Shown: in pieces, positions 37,638 to 46,789 of the stretch
Numbering within the stretch: the stretch's first letter is position 1
Layout: the number at the start of each line of letters is the position of its first letter
Assembly (NCBI GenBank): GCA_018260615.1
Contig: JAGWDQ010000082.1
Location: 1 to 48,401 of the forward strand
DNA length: 48,401 bases
Direction: 5' to 3'
From: Candidatus Altarchaeum sp.
GTDB lineage: Archaea > Altiarchaeota > Altiarchaeia > Altiarchaeales > Altiarchaeaceae
Made by a program: the position numbers and the translations under genes
The notes under the pieces: model-generated
The model's input: only the letters and a program-made list of their open reading frames with translations
Databases searched by the model: none
What the model was told of the DNA's origin: nothing

Positions 37638-38701
37638 AAAAAATATGCATAGTCGTTGGAACAAGACCGGAAATAACAAAGTTATCGCCCTTAATTAGAG
37701 CGTTGAATAAGAATATTTATTGTCTTTTACATACGGGTCAACATTACTCCTATAATATGGATAAAGTTTTCTTTGATGAAATGAATATTAAAGAACCGGA
37801 AATTAAACTAAATACAATTTCTACGGGACATCAAGGTAAACAAACAGCTGAGATGATTGAAAAGATAGAGCAAAACCTCACAAAAAACGATTTTTCCGGA
37901 TTGATTGTATTAGGAGACACCAATAGCGGATTAGCAGGTGCATTAGTTGCTGCAAAACTTGGAATTCCAGTCATTCACATAGAAGCAGGTATGAGATCTT
38001 ATAACCGAAGAATGCCCGAAGAAATAAACCGGGTTGTCATGGATCATATTTCAGATTATTTATTTGTACCTTCTGTAGCCCAGAGAAAGATCCTATACTC
38101 AGAGGGTATCCGAAAAGGTGTTTATATAGTGGGGGATGTATCTTATGATTCATTAAAGGATAATATATTGATCGCAAGAAAGAAATCCTATATTTTGGAT
38201 AAATTACAACTCAAAAAAAGAGATTATTATCTTCTTACATTACATCGAAAAGAAAATGTTGATGACAAAAAAAGGTTAGCTAAACTTATATCGGGAATCA
38301 CTTCAATAAATGGTAAAATAATATATCCTATTCATCCTAGAACAAAAAATAATCTGGAATTGTTTAATTTGTTTGATAATTTAAAAAAAAGCAATGTGGA
38401 ATTGATTGAACCTTTAGGTTATCTGGATATGCTTAATCTTGAAGAAAATGCAAAAAAAATATTAACTGATTCGGGCGGGGTGCAAAAAGAAGCGTATTAT
38501 CTTGGCATACCCTGTATCACCTTGAGGATGGAAACTGAATGGATAGATACTCTTAAATGCCACAGAAATATTCTGGTTGGATCTGATAAAAACAAACTTT
38601 TAAAAGCAGTGATGACTAAACCAGTATACAAAAAAGTATATCTTAAAAAGAGCCCAACAAAAATCATTATATCAAATCTAAAATCATTAAAGTTAATTTA
38701 G
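37634..38701 (+). CDS. wecB: UDP-N-acetylglucosamine 2-epimerase (non-hydrolysing)
   Basis: GTRPEITK, HTGQHY, GDTNS, HIEAGMRS, PEEINR, TLHRKENVD, TDSGGVQKEA. Confidence 0.93.
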   Translation: MKKICIVVGTRPEITKLSPLIRALNKNIYCLLHTGQHYSYNMDKVFFDEMNIKEPEIKLNTISTGHQGKQTAEMIEKIEQNLTKNDFSGLIVLGDTNSGLAGALVAAKLGIPVIHIEAGMRSYNRRMPEEINRVVMDHISDYLFVPSVAQRKILYSEGIRKGVYIVGDVSYDSLKDNILIARKKSYILDKLQLKKRDYYLLTLHRKENVDDKKRLAKLISGITSINGKIIYPIHPRTKNNLELFNLFDNLKKSNVELIEPLGYLDMLNLEENAKKILTDSGGVQKEAYYLGIPCITLRMETEWIDTLKCHRNILVGSDKNKLLKAVMTKPVYKKVYLKKSPTKIIISNLKSLKLI

Positions 38702-38730
38702 AATTATTCGCACATTAAAAATAAGATAAC

Positions 38731-39822
38731 ATGGCCAAAAAAATAAAGTTACTGATGTTCGTGCCATACAGTATCCATCCAATGAATGCTGCACCTGCAA
38801 TAAGGGCATACAAACTGTATCATGCATTAAAAAAGATAGTAGATGTAACTTTGATTTCCCGCCCATCATACAATTTCATGCCGAATTATTCTAAAATAGG
38901 ATATTTAAACTTTTTATTATCATTATTTGGGCAGATGTCATCTGAAATAATTCAATTAATTAAAAAAAATAAAATAGATTATGTTTACATAGAAGCATTT
39001 GGTGCACCTTTGCATAGTTTTGATTATGTATTTTTAAATGCACTAAAAAAGAGAGACATACCCATATTTCCATTTATCATGGATACCTATTGGAAATACC
39101 CCGAAATATTTAAGCGAAATGCGCAATCAGATAAATATTGTCAGATGGAATACGGATGGTATCTTAAAAATGCTACGGCATTACTATTTCCAAGTGAAAC
39201 TATGGCAAATACTGTTAATTTTCCAGAAAAATTTGCTCTTCCGCCTGCTGGAGACCCATCAAGATGTTTAAATCAAAAATTACCAGATAATAAAAACATA
39301 ACATATATGGGAGAAATATCTCCCGCAATGGGAATTGATATCCTAATGAAATCTATAGAAATTGTGATCAAAAAACAGCCGGATGCGCAGTTCACTATTG
39401 TTGGTCATGAGAATAAAGAGCTTATGGTTAAATGTAAAAACAAAAATTACATAACTTTTATGATCAACAAGACATATAAAGACATTCCCAATATCCTGTC
39501 AGATACTTACGCAACTATTATCCCTCGTCAAGTAAACCCCTACAATGATTTTGCAATGCCTGTGAAATTATTAGATTACATGTCTTCTGGAAGACCCGTC
39601 ATTACAACAAATTGTCACGAAACGGCAAGATTTATACAAGAAAACAACTGCGGGATTATTACGGAGGACAACCCCAACAGTATTGCAAAAGGGATTTTAA
39701 AATTACTTGAAAATCGGGATTTAGCAGAGATATATGGCAAAAATGCGTTTTTAGCGATTAAAAATAAACATTCATGGAAACACCGGGCAGAAGAACTTGT
39801 AAAGATAATGGAAAAGTATTAA
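38731..39822 (+). CDS. GT4 glycosyltransferase
   Basis: PVKLLDYMSSGRPVIT C-terminal GT4 motif. Confidence 0.85.
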   Translation: MAKKIKLLMFVPYSIHPMNAAPAIRAYKLYHALKKIVDVTLISRPSYNFMPNYSKIGYLNFLLSLFGQMSSEIIQLIKKNKIDYVYIEAFGAPLHSFDYVFLNALKKRDIPIFPFIMDTYWKYPEIFKRNAQSDKYCQMEYGWYLKNATALLFPSETMANTVNFPEKFALPPAGDPSRCLNQKLPDNKNITYMGEISPAMGIDILMKSIEIVIKKQPDAQFTIVGHENKELMVKCKNKNYITFMINKTYKDIPNILSDTYATIIPRQVNPYNDFAMPVKLLDYMSSGRPVITTNCHETARFIQENNCGIITEDNPNSIAKGILKLLENRDLAEIYGKNAFLAIKNKHSWKHRAEELVKIMEKY

Positions 39823-39884
39823 TAATCTGTGAAAATCAGTTTAAAAAATAAAGAGTAAAATCAATATATTGAAAAATTATTAAA

Positions 39885-41012
39885 ATGAGGATTTGTTATA
39901 TTGCACACGCATGTAGTCCCCATGTTTATAGGTGGGCGGAATGGTTTACAAAAAGAGGGCACGAAGTCCACATTATTTCACCCGTATTGCCATCAGAAGT
40001 TCCGGATGAATTAAAAGATGTTTACCTTCATGAACTAAATTTTGATAATTATTCTTCATTCATAAAAATACTTCCATTCAAATCAATATGGTTAACTATA
40101 TTTTCATGTAGAAAAATTATAAAAGAAATTAAACCAGATATTGTCCAGGGGATTGATATAACTGATTTTGGTCTTCCAGCATTATTTTGTGGGGATTATC
40201 CAAATAGTGTTTCTGCGTGGGGTTCTGATGTGTTGATATATCCAAAGAGGTCAATGATAACTAGGTTAATTGTGAAATTCGTAGCGAAAAGAGCAGAGTT
40301 AATACATTCTTTTGCATATAATCTAACTGATGAATTAATTTCATTTGGAGCAGATAAAGAAAGGATATTTACTATTTCACCTACTATATGTATTGAAAAT
40401 TTTAATATTGCGGTGAATGGTTCAAAAATAAGGAAATCTTTGGGGTGGGAAAATAACCCTGTTGTGATAAGTGTAAGGGATTTTGCACCAGTTTATAATA
40501 TTGAGTGTTTAATCAATGCAGTACCTACCATAATCAAAGAGATTCCTGATGCTAAGTTTTTAATAAAAGGCATAGGTCCATTGGAAGATAAACTGAAAAA
40601 TATGATTAAAGAAATAGGAATTTCAGATAGTGTTAAAATCATGGGACATGTTCCATATAAAGAACTTCCAAAGTATCTTGCGTGCGCAGATGTTTATGTC
40701 TCAACCGCATTATCCGAGGGTTTAGGCATCGCAAACCTTGAATCAATAGCCTGTGGCATACCTGCTGTTTTAACTGATATAACATCAGATAGAAATTTAA
40801 TAAAAGCCGGTTTGAATGTGCATTTATTTCCAGTTAAAAATTCAAAAATTTTAGCTGAAAAAATAATTTATTTAATCAAGAATAAACAAAGAGAAGAGAT
40901 CAAAAAAGAGAATTTTGAAATCATTAAAGAGCATTATGATTTTGATAAAAACATGGAAAAGATTAAAAAATTATACGAAGATCTGATCGAAAAACACAAA
41001 AAAATGAAATGA
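39885..41012 (+). CDS. GT4 glycosyltransferase
   Basis: WGSDV, YVSTALSEGLGIANLESIACGIPAV. Confidence 0.88.
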   Translation: MRICYIAHACSPHVYRWAEWFTKRGHEVHIISPVLPSEVPDELKDVYLHELNFDNYSSFIKILPFKSIWLTIFSCRKIIKEIKPDIVQGIDITDFGLPALFCGDYPNSVSAWGSDVLIYPKRSMITRLIVKFVAKRAELIHSFAYNLTDELISFGADKERIFTISPTICIENFNIAVNGSKIRKSLGWENNPVVISVRDFAPVYNIECLINAVPTIIKEIPDAKFLIKGIGPLEDKLKNMIKEIGISDSVKIMGHVPYKELPKYLACADVYVSTALSEGLGIANLESIACGIPAVLTDITSDRNLIKAGLNVHLFPVKNSKILAEKIIYLIKNKQREEIKKENFEIIKEHYDFDKNMEKIKKLYEDLIEKHKKMK

Positions 41013-41632
41013 AAGCAAGTTTAATCATCCCCACATACAACGAAGAAAAAACGATAAAAGAAGTAATTGAAAAATCAAAAAAATATGTAGATGAAATCAT
41101 TCTTGTGGATGGTGCAAGTACAGATGACACATACAACATAATAAAAAACATAAATGACCAAAAAATCAAAATAATAAGGCACAAAAAAAGATTGGGCGTC
41201 ACACAAGCCAGAATAGACGGAATGGAAAAAGCAGAAAATGAGATTATAATATTCATGGACGCTGATGCGCAGCATAACCCCAAAGACATACTCAAACTTC
41301 TGAAAAAGATAGACCAATGCGATCTTGTTCTTGGCACAAGAGATGAACTTCCGAGATTGGGGGAAAGAATAATGGCTTATGTATGTAAAGTAAAGGATGC
41401 TACAACAGGGTTCAGGGCGTTTAAAAAAAGCAATCTTAAAGAAATCCTGAAAAAAGAAGAATATTGGGGTGCAGACACAATTTTAAGGGCAAAAAATGCA
41501 GGCCTTAAGGTATGTGAAGTGCCAATAGAAGTAAATAAAAGAATATACGGGAAAACAACACTCGCCGGCATCAATGTCTTTTTAAAAAGTTTGAGGTTTA
41601 TGATTAAATGGAGAATTCAAACATTTATATGA
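41009..41632 (+). CDS. GT2 glycosyltransferase (Dol-P-sugar synthase-like)
   Basis: IIPTYNEE, VDGASTD, FMDADAQHNP, DATTGFRAF. Confidence 0.9.
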   Translation: MKASLIIPTYNEEKTIKEVIEKSKKYVDEIILVDGASTDDTYNIIKNINDQKIKIIRHKKRLGVTQARIDGMEKAENEIIIFMDADAQHNPKDILKLLKKIDQCDLVLGTRDELPRLGERIMAYVCKVKDATTGFRAFKKSNLKEILKKEEYWGADTILRAKNAGLKVCEVPIEVNKRIYGKTTLAGINVFLKSLRFMIKWRIQTFI

Positions 41633-41668
41633 AAATTTAATTGATAAATACAAAAACAAACACAAAAA

Positions 41669-42661
41669 ATGAACTGGAAAAATAAAAAGGTCTTGGTTAC
41701 CGGAGCAGGCGGATTTATAGGAAGTCATTTAACTGAAAGATTAGTTGAATTAGGGGCAGATGTCTCTGCACTTGTAAGATATAATTCAAGAAATGACTGG
41801 GGAATGATTGAACTTTTTCCTGAGGAAACAAAGGAAAAAATAAATGTTATAACCGGAGATATAAAAGATAGTGATGCTATGAGATGGGCGGCAAAAGATG
41901 TTGATATTATTTTTCATCTTGCTGCACTTATACCGATTCCTTATTCCTATATTCACCCAAGGGAGTCAATTGAGACAAATACAATAGGAACACTGAATGT
42001 TCTTATGGCTGCAAAAGAAAATAATGTTGAAAGAATGATTCACACATCAACTTCCGAAACTTATGGAACTGCACAGTATGTCCCAATTGATGAAAAACAT
42101 CCATTACAGGGACAGTCGCCGTATTCAGCAAGTAAAATCAGTGCGGATAAAATCGCCGAATCATTTTATTTATCTTATGGGCTGCCCGTTGCGACTATTC
42201 GCCCGTTTAATACTTACGGACCAAGACAATCAGCAAGAGCTGTGATTCCAACAATTATAACTCAGGCATTAACAAAAAATGAAGTTTTCATTGGTTCAAA
42301 ACACCCGAGAAGGGATCTAACTTATGTATCAGATACTGTTGAGGGCTTTATTAAAATTGCTGAAGCAGATAAAAGTGTTTTAGGCGAAGTAATTAATATC
42401 GGCTCAAATTTTGAAATATCAATAGGTGATTTAGCAAATAAAATTGTCTCCTTAATTGATAAAAATATAAAAATTAAATTTGATGAATCAAGAGTGAGAC
42501 CAGAAAAAAGCGAGGTTGAACGACTTTGGGTTAATAATACAAAGGCAAAAAAAATGCTCGGATGGTGTCCAAACATTTCACTTGATGAAGGCCTAAAAAA
42601 GACAATTGACTGGATATCAGATAATCTTAGTAAATATAAAGCAAATATCTATAATGTGTAA
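41669..42661 (+). CDS. NDP-sugar 4,6-dehydratase (extended SDR, LegB-like)
   Basis: TGAGGFIGSHL, VRYNSR, HLAALIPIPYSY, TSTSETYG, YSASK, RPFNTYGPRQSARA. Confidence 0.88.
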   Translation: MNWKNKKVLVTGAGGFIGSHLTERLVELGADVSALVRYNSRNDWGMIELFPEETKEKINVITGDIKDSDAMRWAAKDVDIIFHLAALIPIPYSYIHPRESIETNTIGTLNVLMAAKENNVERMIHTSTSETYGTAQYVPIDEKHPLQGQSPYSASKISADKIAESFYLSYGLPVATIRPFNTYGPRQSARAVIPTIITQALTKNEVFIGSKHPRRDLTYVSDTVEGFIKIAEADKSVLGEVINIGSNFEISIGDLANKIVSLIDKNIKIKFDESRVRPEKSEVERLWVNNTKAKKMLGWCPNISLDEGLKKTIDWISDNLSKYKANIYNV

Positions 42662-42670
42662 TGTATAAAA

Positions 42671-43387
42671 ATGAAAGCAGTAATTTTAGCAGGTGGGAAA
42701 GGAACAAGGTTAAGACCATTTACTTATGCAATACCAAAACCTTTAATGCCAATTGGAGAACAACCAATAATTGAAATCATTTTAAGGCAGTTAAAGAATA
42801 ATGGTTTTAATGATATTATAATATCAACTGGCTATAAGGAAAATTTAATAAGGATGTTTCTTAATGGTGCAGATAAAAAGTACGGTTTAAATATTAAATA
42901 TTCAAATGAAAATGAACCGCTTGGAACGGTGGGTTCACTTTCACTCATCAGGGATGAATTAAATGAGGATTTTATTCTTATGAATGGAGATACCTTATGC
43001 ACAGTAAACTACAATGAACTTATGAAATATCACAAAAAATCTAACAATATGGCAACAATAACTCTTTGTAAAAAAGACATTAAAATTGACTTTGGCGTTG
43101 TCCAATTAGAGGGAAACAATAATATAGTTAATTACATTGAGAAGCCGACTCATTCGTATTTTGTAAGTATAGGGGTTTATGTTTTTAAACCGGATGTCTT
43201 AAAATATATTCCTGATGGAAGATTGGATTTTCCTGATTTAGTTAAGATTCTTATAAAAAACAATGAAAAAGTTGGAGGATATATTTTTGATGGTTACTGG
43301 CAGGATATTGGAAGGAGCGAGGATTATATGAAGGCTAATGAAGAGTTTGAAAAAATTTACGAAAAATTTGGCATTTGCGAAAAATAA
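42671..43387 (+). CDS. Sugar-phosphate nucleotidyltransferase (NTP_transferase)
   Basis: AVILAGGKGTRLRP, PKPL, EPLGTVG, MNGD, WQDIG. Confidence 0.92.
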   Translation: MKAVILAGGKGTRLRPFTYAIPKPLMPIGEQPIIEIILRQLKNNGFNDIIISTGYKENLIRMFLNGADKKYGLNIKYSNENEPLGTVGSLSLIRDELNEDFILMNGDTLCTVNYNELMKYHKKSNNMATITLCKKDIKIDFGVVQLEGNNNIVNYIEKPTHSYFVSIGVYVFKPDVLKYIPDGRLDFPDLVKILIKNNEKVGGYIFDGYWQDIGRSEDYMKANEEFEKIYEKFGICEK

Positions 43388-43395
43388 AAGAGAGA

Positions 43396-43412
43396 AAATT
43401 ATCAGATAATTT
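43396..43412. terminator. Palindrome in the 40-bp gap between convergent operons (possible terminator)
   Basis: AAATTATC-A-GATAATTT; AT-rich and short, so weak support. Confidence 0.25.
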
Positions 43413-43427
43413 CAGACAGATTCTATT

Positions 43428-44309
43428 TTATGAATGTCTATAAAAAAAATTTTCTATATAAAATAATGTGCTATCAACCACATTCCACGCAATCAGCACA
43501 ACGGAACCAAATTTTCTGCACACGGGATGCACCTTTCCGAGCATTTCTTTTATCTTCATTATTTCTAATGTGACTTTTCCAATTACAATTGTTCTTATTA
43601 TTTGAATTTTTAGCCAGAAAGGTTTTCCTCTTCTTTTGTATGTTTTTTTAATTATTTTTATATGACAATATCTAAGATTATCTTGCTCGTTTGGCAGTGA
43701 GTGTGTCCAACTATCTTCATGCACCCTGTATTTTACTAATGGTTTATTTATGTAACCTGCCTTAAATTTTTCAGAGATTCTTACCCACATATCCCAATCA
43801 TCTCTGCCATTAATAGATTCATCAAATAAATTAGCACACACTAAACATTCTCTTCTATGCATAACGGTGCTTTTGCATATATAATTGTTTTGTAGCAAAA
43901 GAAGATAATCAAATGGCTGGGATTTCGCTATTTTCAGAATTTTTTTATCATCTATTTGATAGTAATCAGAATATACTAAACCAGCATCAGAATGTTTATC
44001 TAAATATTTAACCTGAGTTTCAAGTATTTTGGGAAAGTATATATCATCTGCATCCAAGTATGCCAGATAATCTCCTTTTGCTATTTTTATTCCCTCATTT
44101 TGTGCTGACGCCTGTCCTTTATTTTCCTGTGATTTCCACCTTATTTTGTTACCATAACTCTTAAGTATCTTTGGAGTTTTATCTGTTGACCCATCATCAA
44201 TTACTATGATTTCAAAATCCTTAAATGTCTGATTTAATACGCTGTCTATCGCTTCATGAATAGACTTTTCAGCATTATATGCAGGAATTATAACACTAAC
44301 TTTGACCAT
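43428..44309 (-). CDS. GT2 glycosyltransferase
   Basis: SVIIPAYN, IDDGSTD, YLDADD, DWDMW. Confidence 0.9.
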   Translation of the reverse strand: MVKVSVIIPAYNAEKSIHEAIDSVLNQTFKDFEIIVIDDGSTDKTPKILKSYGNKIRWKSQENKGQASAQNEGIKIAKGDYLAYLDADDIYFPKILETQVKYLDKHSDAGLVYSDYYQIDDKKILKIAKSQPFDYLLLLQNNYICKSTVMHRRECLVCANLFDESINGRDDWDMWVRISEKFKAGYINKPLVKYRVHEDSWTHSLPNEQDNLRYCHIKIIKKTYKRRGKPFWLKIQIIRTIVIGKVTLEIMKIKEMLGKVHPVCRKFGSVVLIAWNVVDSTLFYIENFFYRHS

Positions 44310-44342
44310 TCTTATTGATTTTTAAGTATTGAGATTTTAAAA

Positions 44343-45218
44343 TTACGAAATTCTTATCCACTTATCAGGAATTAAATCAAATGTATCTCTTTTTTCGTCT
44401 TTAAACCATTTCTTAGGTGCCAACACAATTTTGTTTGAATTATTTGAAAGCCATGCCCCCCACCAACCAAAGGAACTATTAGAAATTATGAAATGTTTGC
44501 AGTTTGACATCAGCCGTAAATCTTCATAGTCCTTTCCGATGTTCCATGTAACATAGTCCATTGGAAAATTGAATTTCAAGTTCTTTTTTGTCCATTCATT
44601 ATCATCAGAAAATATAAAAAAATATGGATTCTTTACTTTTTCTTCAATTATATTTACACATTTTTTATAGTACTCAAGCCCACATGTTCCGTGAATCTCG
44701 GCATGAATTGGATTTGTAACATAGTCCCCTCTTCTTACATGAACTGCTACAGAATTACAACTTTTAATTTTTTCAAGCAATTCTTCATTCTTTTTATCTA
44801 TTGGAATTTTTACAGAAAATTCCTTTCTTATCACATCTTCAATATTTTTAAAATATTTTTCTGTCTGCCAGTATCCTTCCAAATATATATTTTTTAATTT
44901 AAATACTTCCGGATCAAATTTAAACTCTTTTTTTTCAGTATAATAATAATAGATTTTTGAAGAAGGAATAATTTTTTTAAAAATTTTTGAAATAAATATT
45001 TTTTGTTTAAATCTTTTAATTTCTTTTGGAGTTGCAATATTTTCAACGATGTTTAAATGATGCAATTCATATTTTCTTTGTGTATATGATGGATTAAGCA
45101 ACTCAAATCCAGTTATATCCATCTTAAATTCCACTTTATTAACAATGGACAGACATCTTGCAATTGCATACTGAAACATTTGATTTCCCAAACCGCCGAT
45201 TAATCTTGTTATTATCAT
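44343..45218 (-). CDS. GT11 alpha-1,2-fucosyltransferase family protein
   Basis: GGLGNQMFQYA, EGYWQ, VHVRRGDY, FSDD, NSSFGWWGAWL. Confidence 0.92.
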   Translation of the reverse strand: MIITRLIGGLGNQMFQYAIARCLSIVNKVEFKMDITGFELLNPSYTQRKYELHHLNIVENIATPKEIKRFKQKIFISKIFKKIIPSSKIYYYYTEKKEFKFDPEVFKLKNIYLEGYWQTEKYFKNIEDVIRKEFSVKIPIDKKNEELLEKIKSCNSVAVHVRRGDYVTNPIHAEIHGTCGLEYYKKCVNIIEEKVKNPYFFIFSDDNEWTKKNLKFNFPMDYVTWNIGKDYEDLRLMSNCKHFIISNSSFGWWGAWLSNNSNKIVLAPKKWFKDEKRDTFDLIPDKWIRIS

Positions 45219-45226
45219 TGTAATTT

Positions 45227-46082
45227 TTACAAATTTAATCTTCTAGATATTGCCATGTAGTTAGTTGTTATAAAAATTTCATATGTCTCTTTATATGTTT
45301 CTATGGGATAAAGTCCATCCTTTAAAATTCTGTATATTTTGTAGCAGGGATTCAATAAGTAGAAAAAATCCTGAAAATATGTTCTTGAGTCAATATTGCA
45401 ACCACCAAACTCAAACTGAATGAAGTCAATAGAATTTGAACTGATCAAATTTTTAGCTCCATTCAAGACCTTTAATTCATGACCTTCAACATCCAGTTTA
45501 AGCAAATTTATATGTTCAATTCTTGCATCCTTACAAAAATTATCTAATGTTTTAAGACAAATTTTTTCTTTCTGGTTCATACTGATACTGAAATGATCAA
45601 GTCTGCGTTTATATATTGACGCTAAACCTGACCCTTCTGCATTGGAATATAATACATTTGATTCCTCTTTATCACCAAACCCAAAATTAAATAGTTCAGC
45701 ATTTGAATGTTTTGATAAATTATTGAATAATTTCTCAAATGTTTTTTTTTGAAGGTTCAAAGCAAGACACTTTGATATTATTTCCTAATATGGAAATTGC
45801 AGCAGATGACCAATCACCAATATTGGCACCCACATCAAAAATAATTGGTTGTTTATCTTTTTTTAAATATTTACTGATATAATTTAGTACATAGAGTTCG
45901 CCACTATTGCCGACTCCGGCACCCCCACCAATATTCATGCCTTCTAAGGACAGCCCATGCAACTGTTCCCATGATGATTGAGAAATATGTTTTTGTTTCA
46001 ATACATATTTAATGAATTTCATAATTACATTTTCTGTCCATGCTTCAATCTTAGATTGACTTTGGGTTCCAAATATCGTCAT
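45227..46082 (-). pseudogene. FkbM-family methyltransferase split by a +1 frameshift in an A9 tract
   Basis: N-part FDVGANIG...FEPSKKNI*; C-part LKLDVEGHE...QFEFG. T9 at 45742-45750; eight A restores FEPSKKTFEKL. Confidence 0.88.
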
Positions 46083-46789
46083 TTTAATATTTGTTTAAAT
46101 TTTGATATAATCTTACTTATAATGGATTCCTTAAACATTTCATGTGTTTTGAAAGTAGGTGTCTGCGGTTTTTCGGCGTTTAGTCCCATTGCGTTCATCC
46201 ATGCACCAAATAACCTGCCGGATTCATCTTTGGCTTCATAGTTTGCCATATAATCAATGATGTCTTTTTCAGCATCGGCATCCGTTTTAATTTTATTATC
46301 CTTGATTCCAGTAAAGCGAATACTTGGCCATCGCTTTATAATTTCATATTCGTATTTATTGAAACCAACAATAGAAAACATCCACTTCAGTTTTTCCACA
46401 TCAAAACCATCGTAGTGGGTTCCAAACTGGATGGTATCCTGCGGACCATATAAATGTCTAAACCAGAACTGCTGCTCCTTTGGACTCTTTGATTTTTTAA
46501 GCATCTCTACAGTAGCCCAGAATTCAGGAACAAGGATTGTTAGTTTCCCGCCATCCGGCTTAAGCCATTTATAAAATTTACGAAGCTGCATGATAGCAAC
46601 ATGTCGTGGAAAATGCTCAAAAACCGCAATCATCAGAATTTCATCTATTGAATTATCAGGATATTCAAGATCCTCAATTTTAGAGTAGATGTCTGCTTTT
46701 ATGTCATCATAGCATAATTCATCTCTTGGACCATCTACATTAATCCAGCCCTCCATATAATTATGTCCGCAGCCGAGGTGTAGTTTCAT
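46079..46789 (-). CDS. Class I SAM methyltransferase (Methyltransf_11-like)
   Basis: LHLGCG...GWINVD, AVFEHF, LKPDGG. Confidence 0.8.
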   Translation of the reverse strand: MKLHLGCGHNYMEGWINVDGPRDELCYDDIKADIYSKIEDLEYPDNSIDEILMIAVFEHFPRHVAIMQLRKFYKWLKPDGGKLTILVPEFWATVEMLKKSKSPKEQQFWFRHLYGPQDTIQFGTHYDGFDVEKLKWMFSIVGFNKYEYEIIKRWPSIRFTGIKDNKIKTDADAEKDIIDYMANYEAKDESGRLFGAWMNAMGLNAEKPQTPTFKTHEMFKESIISKIISKFKQILK

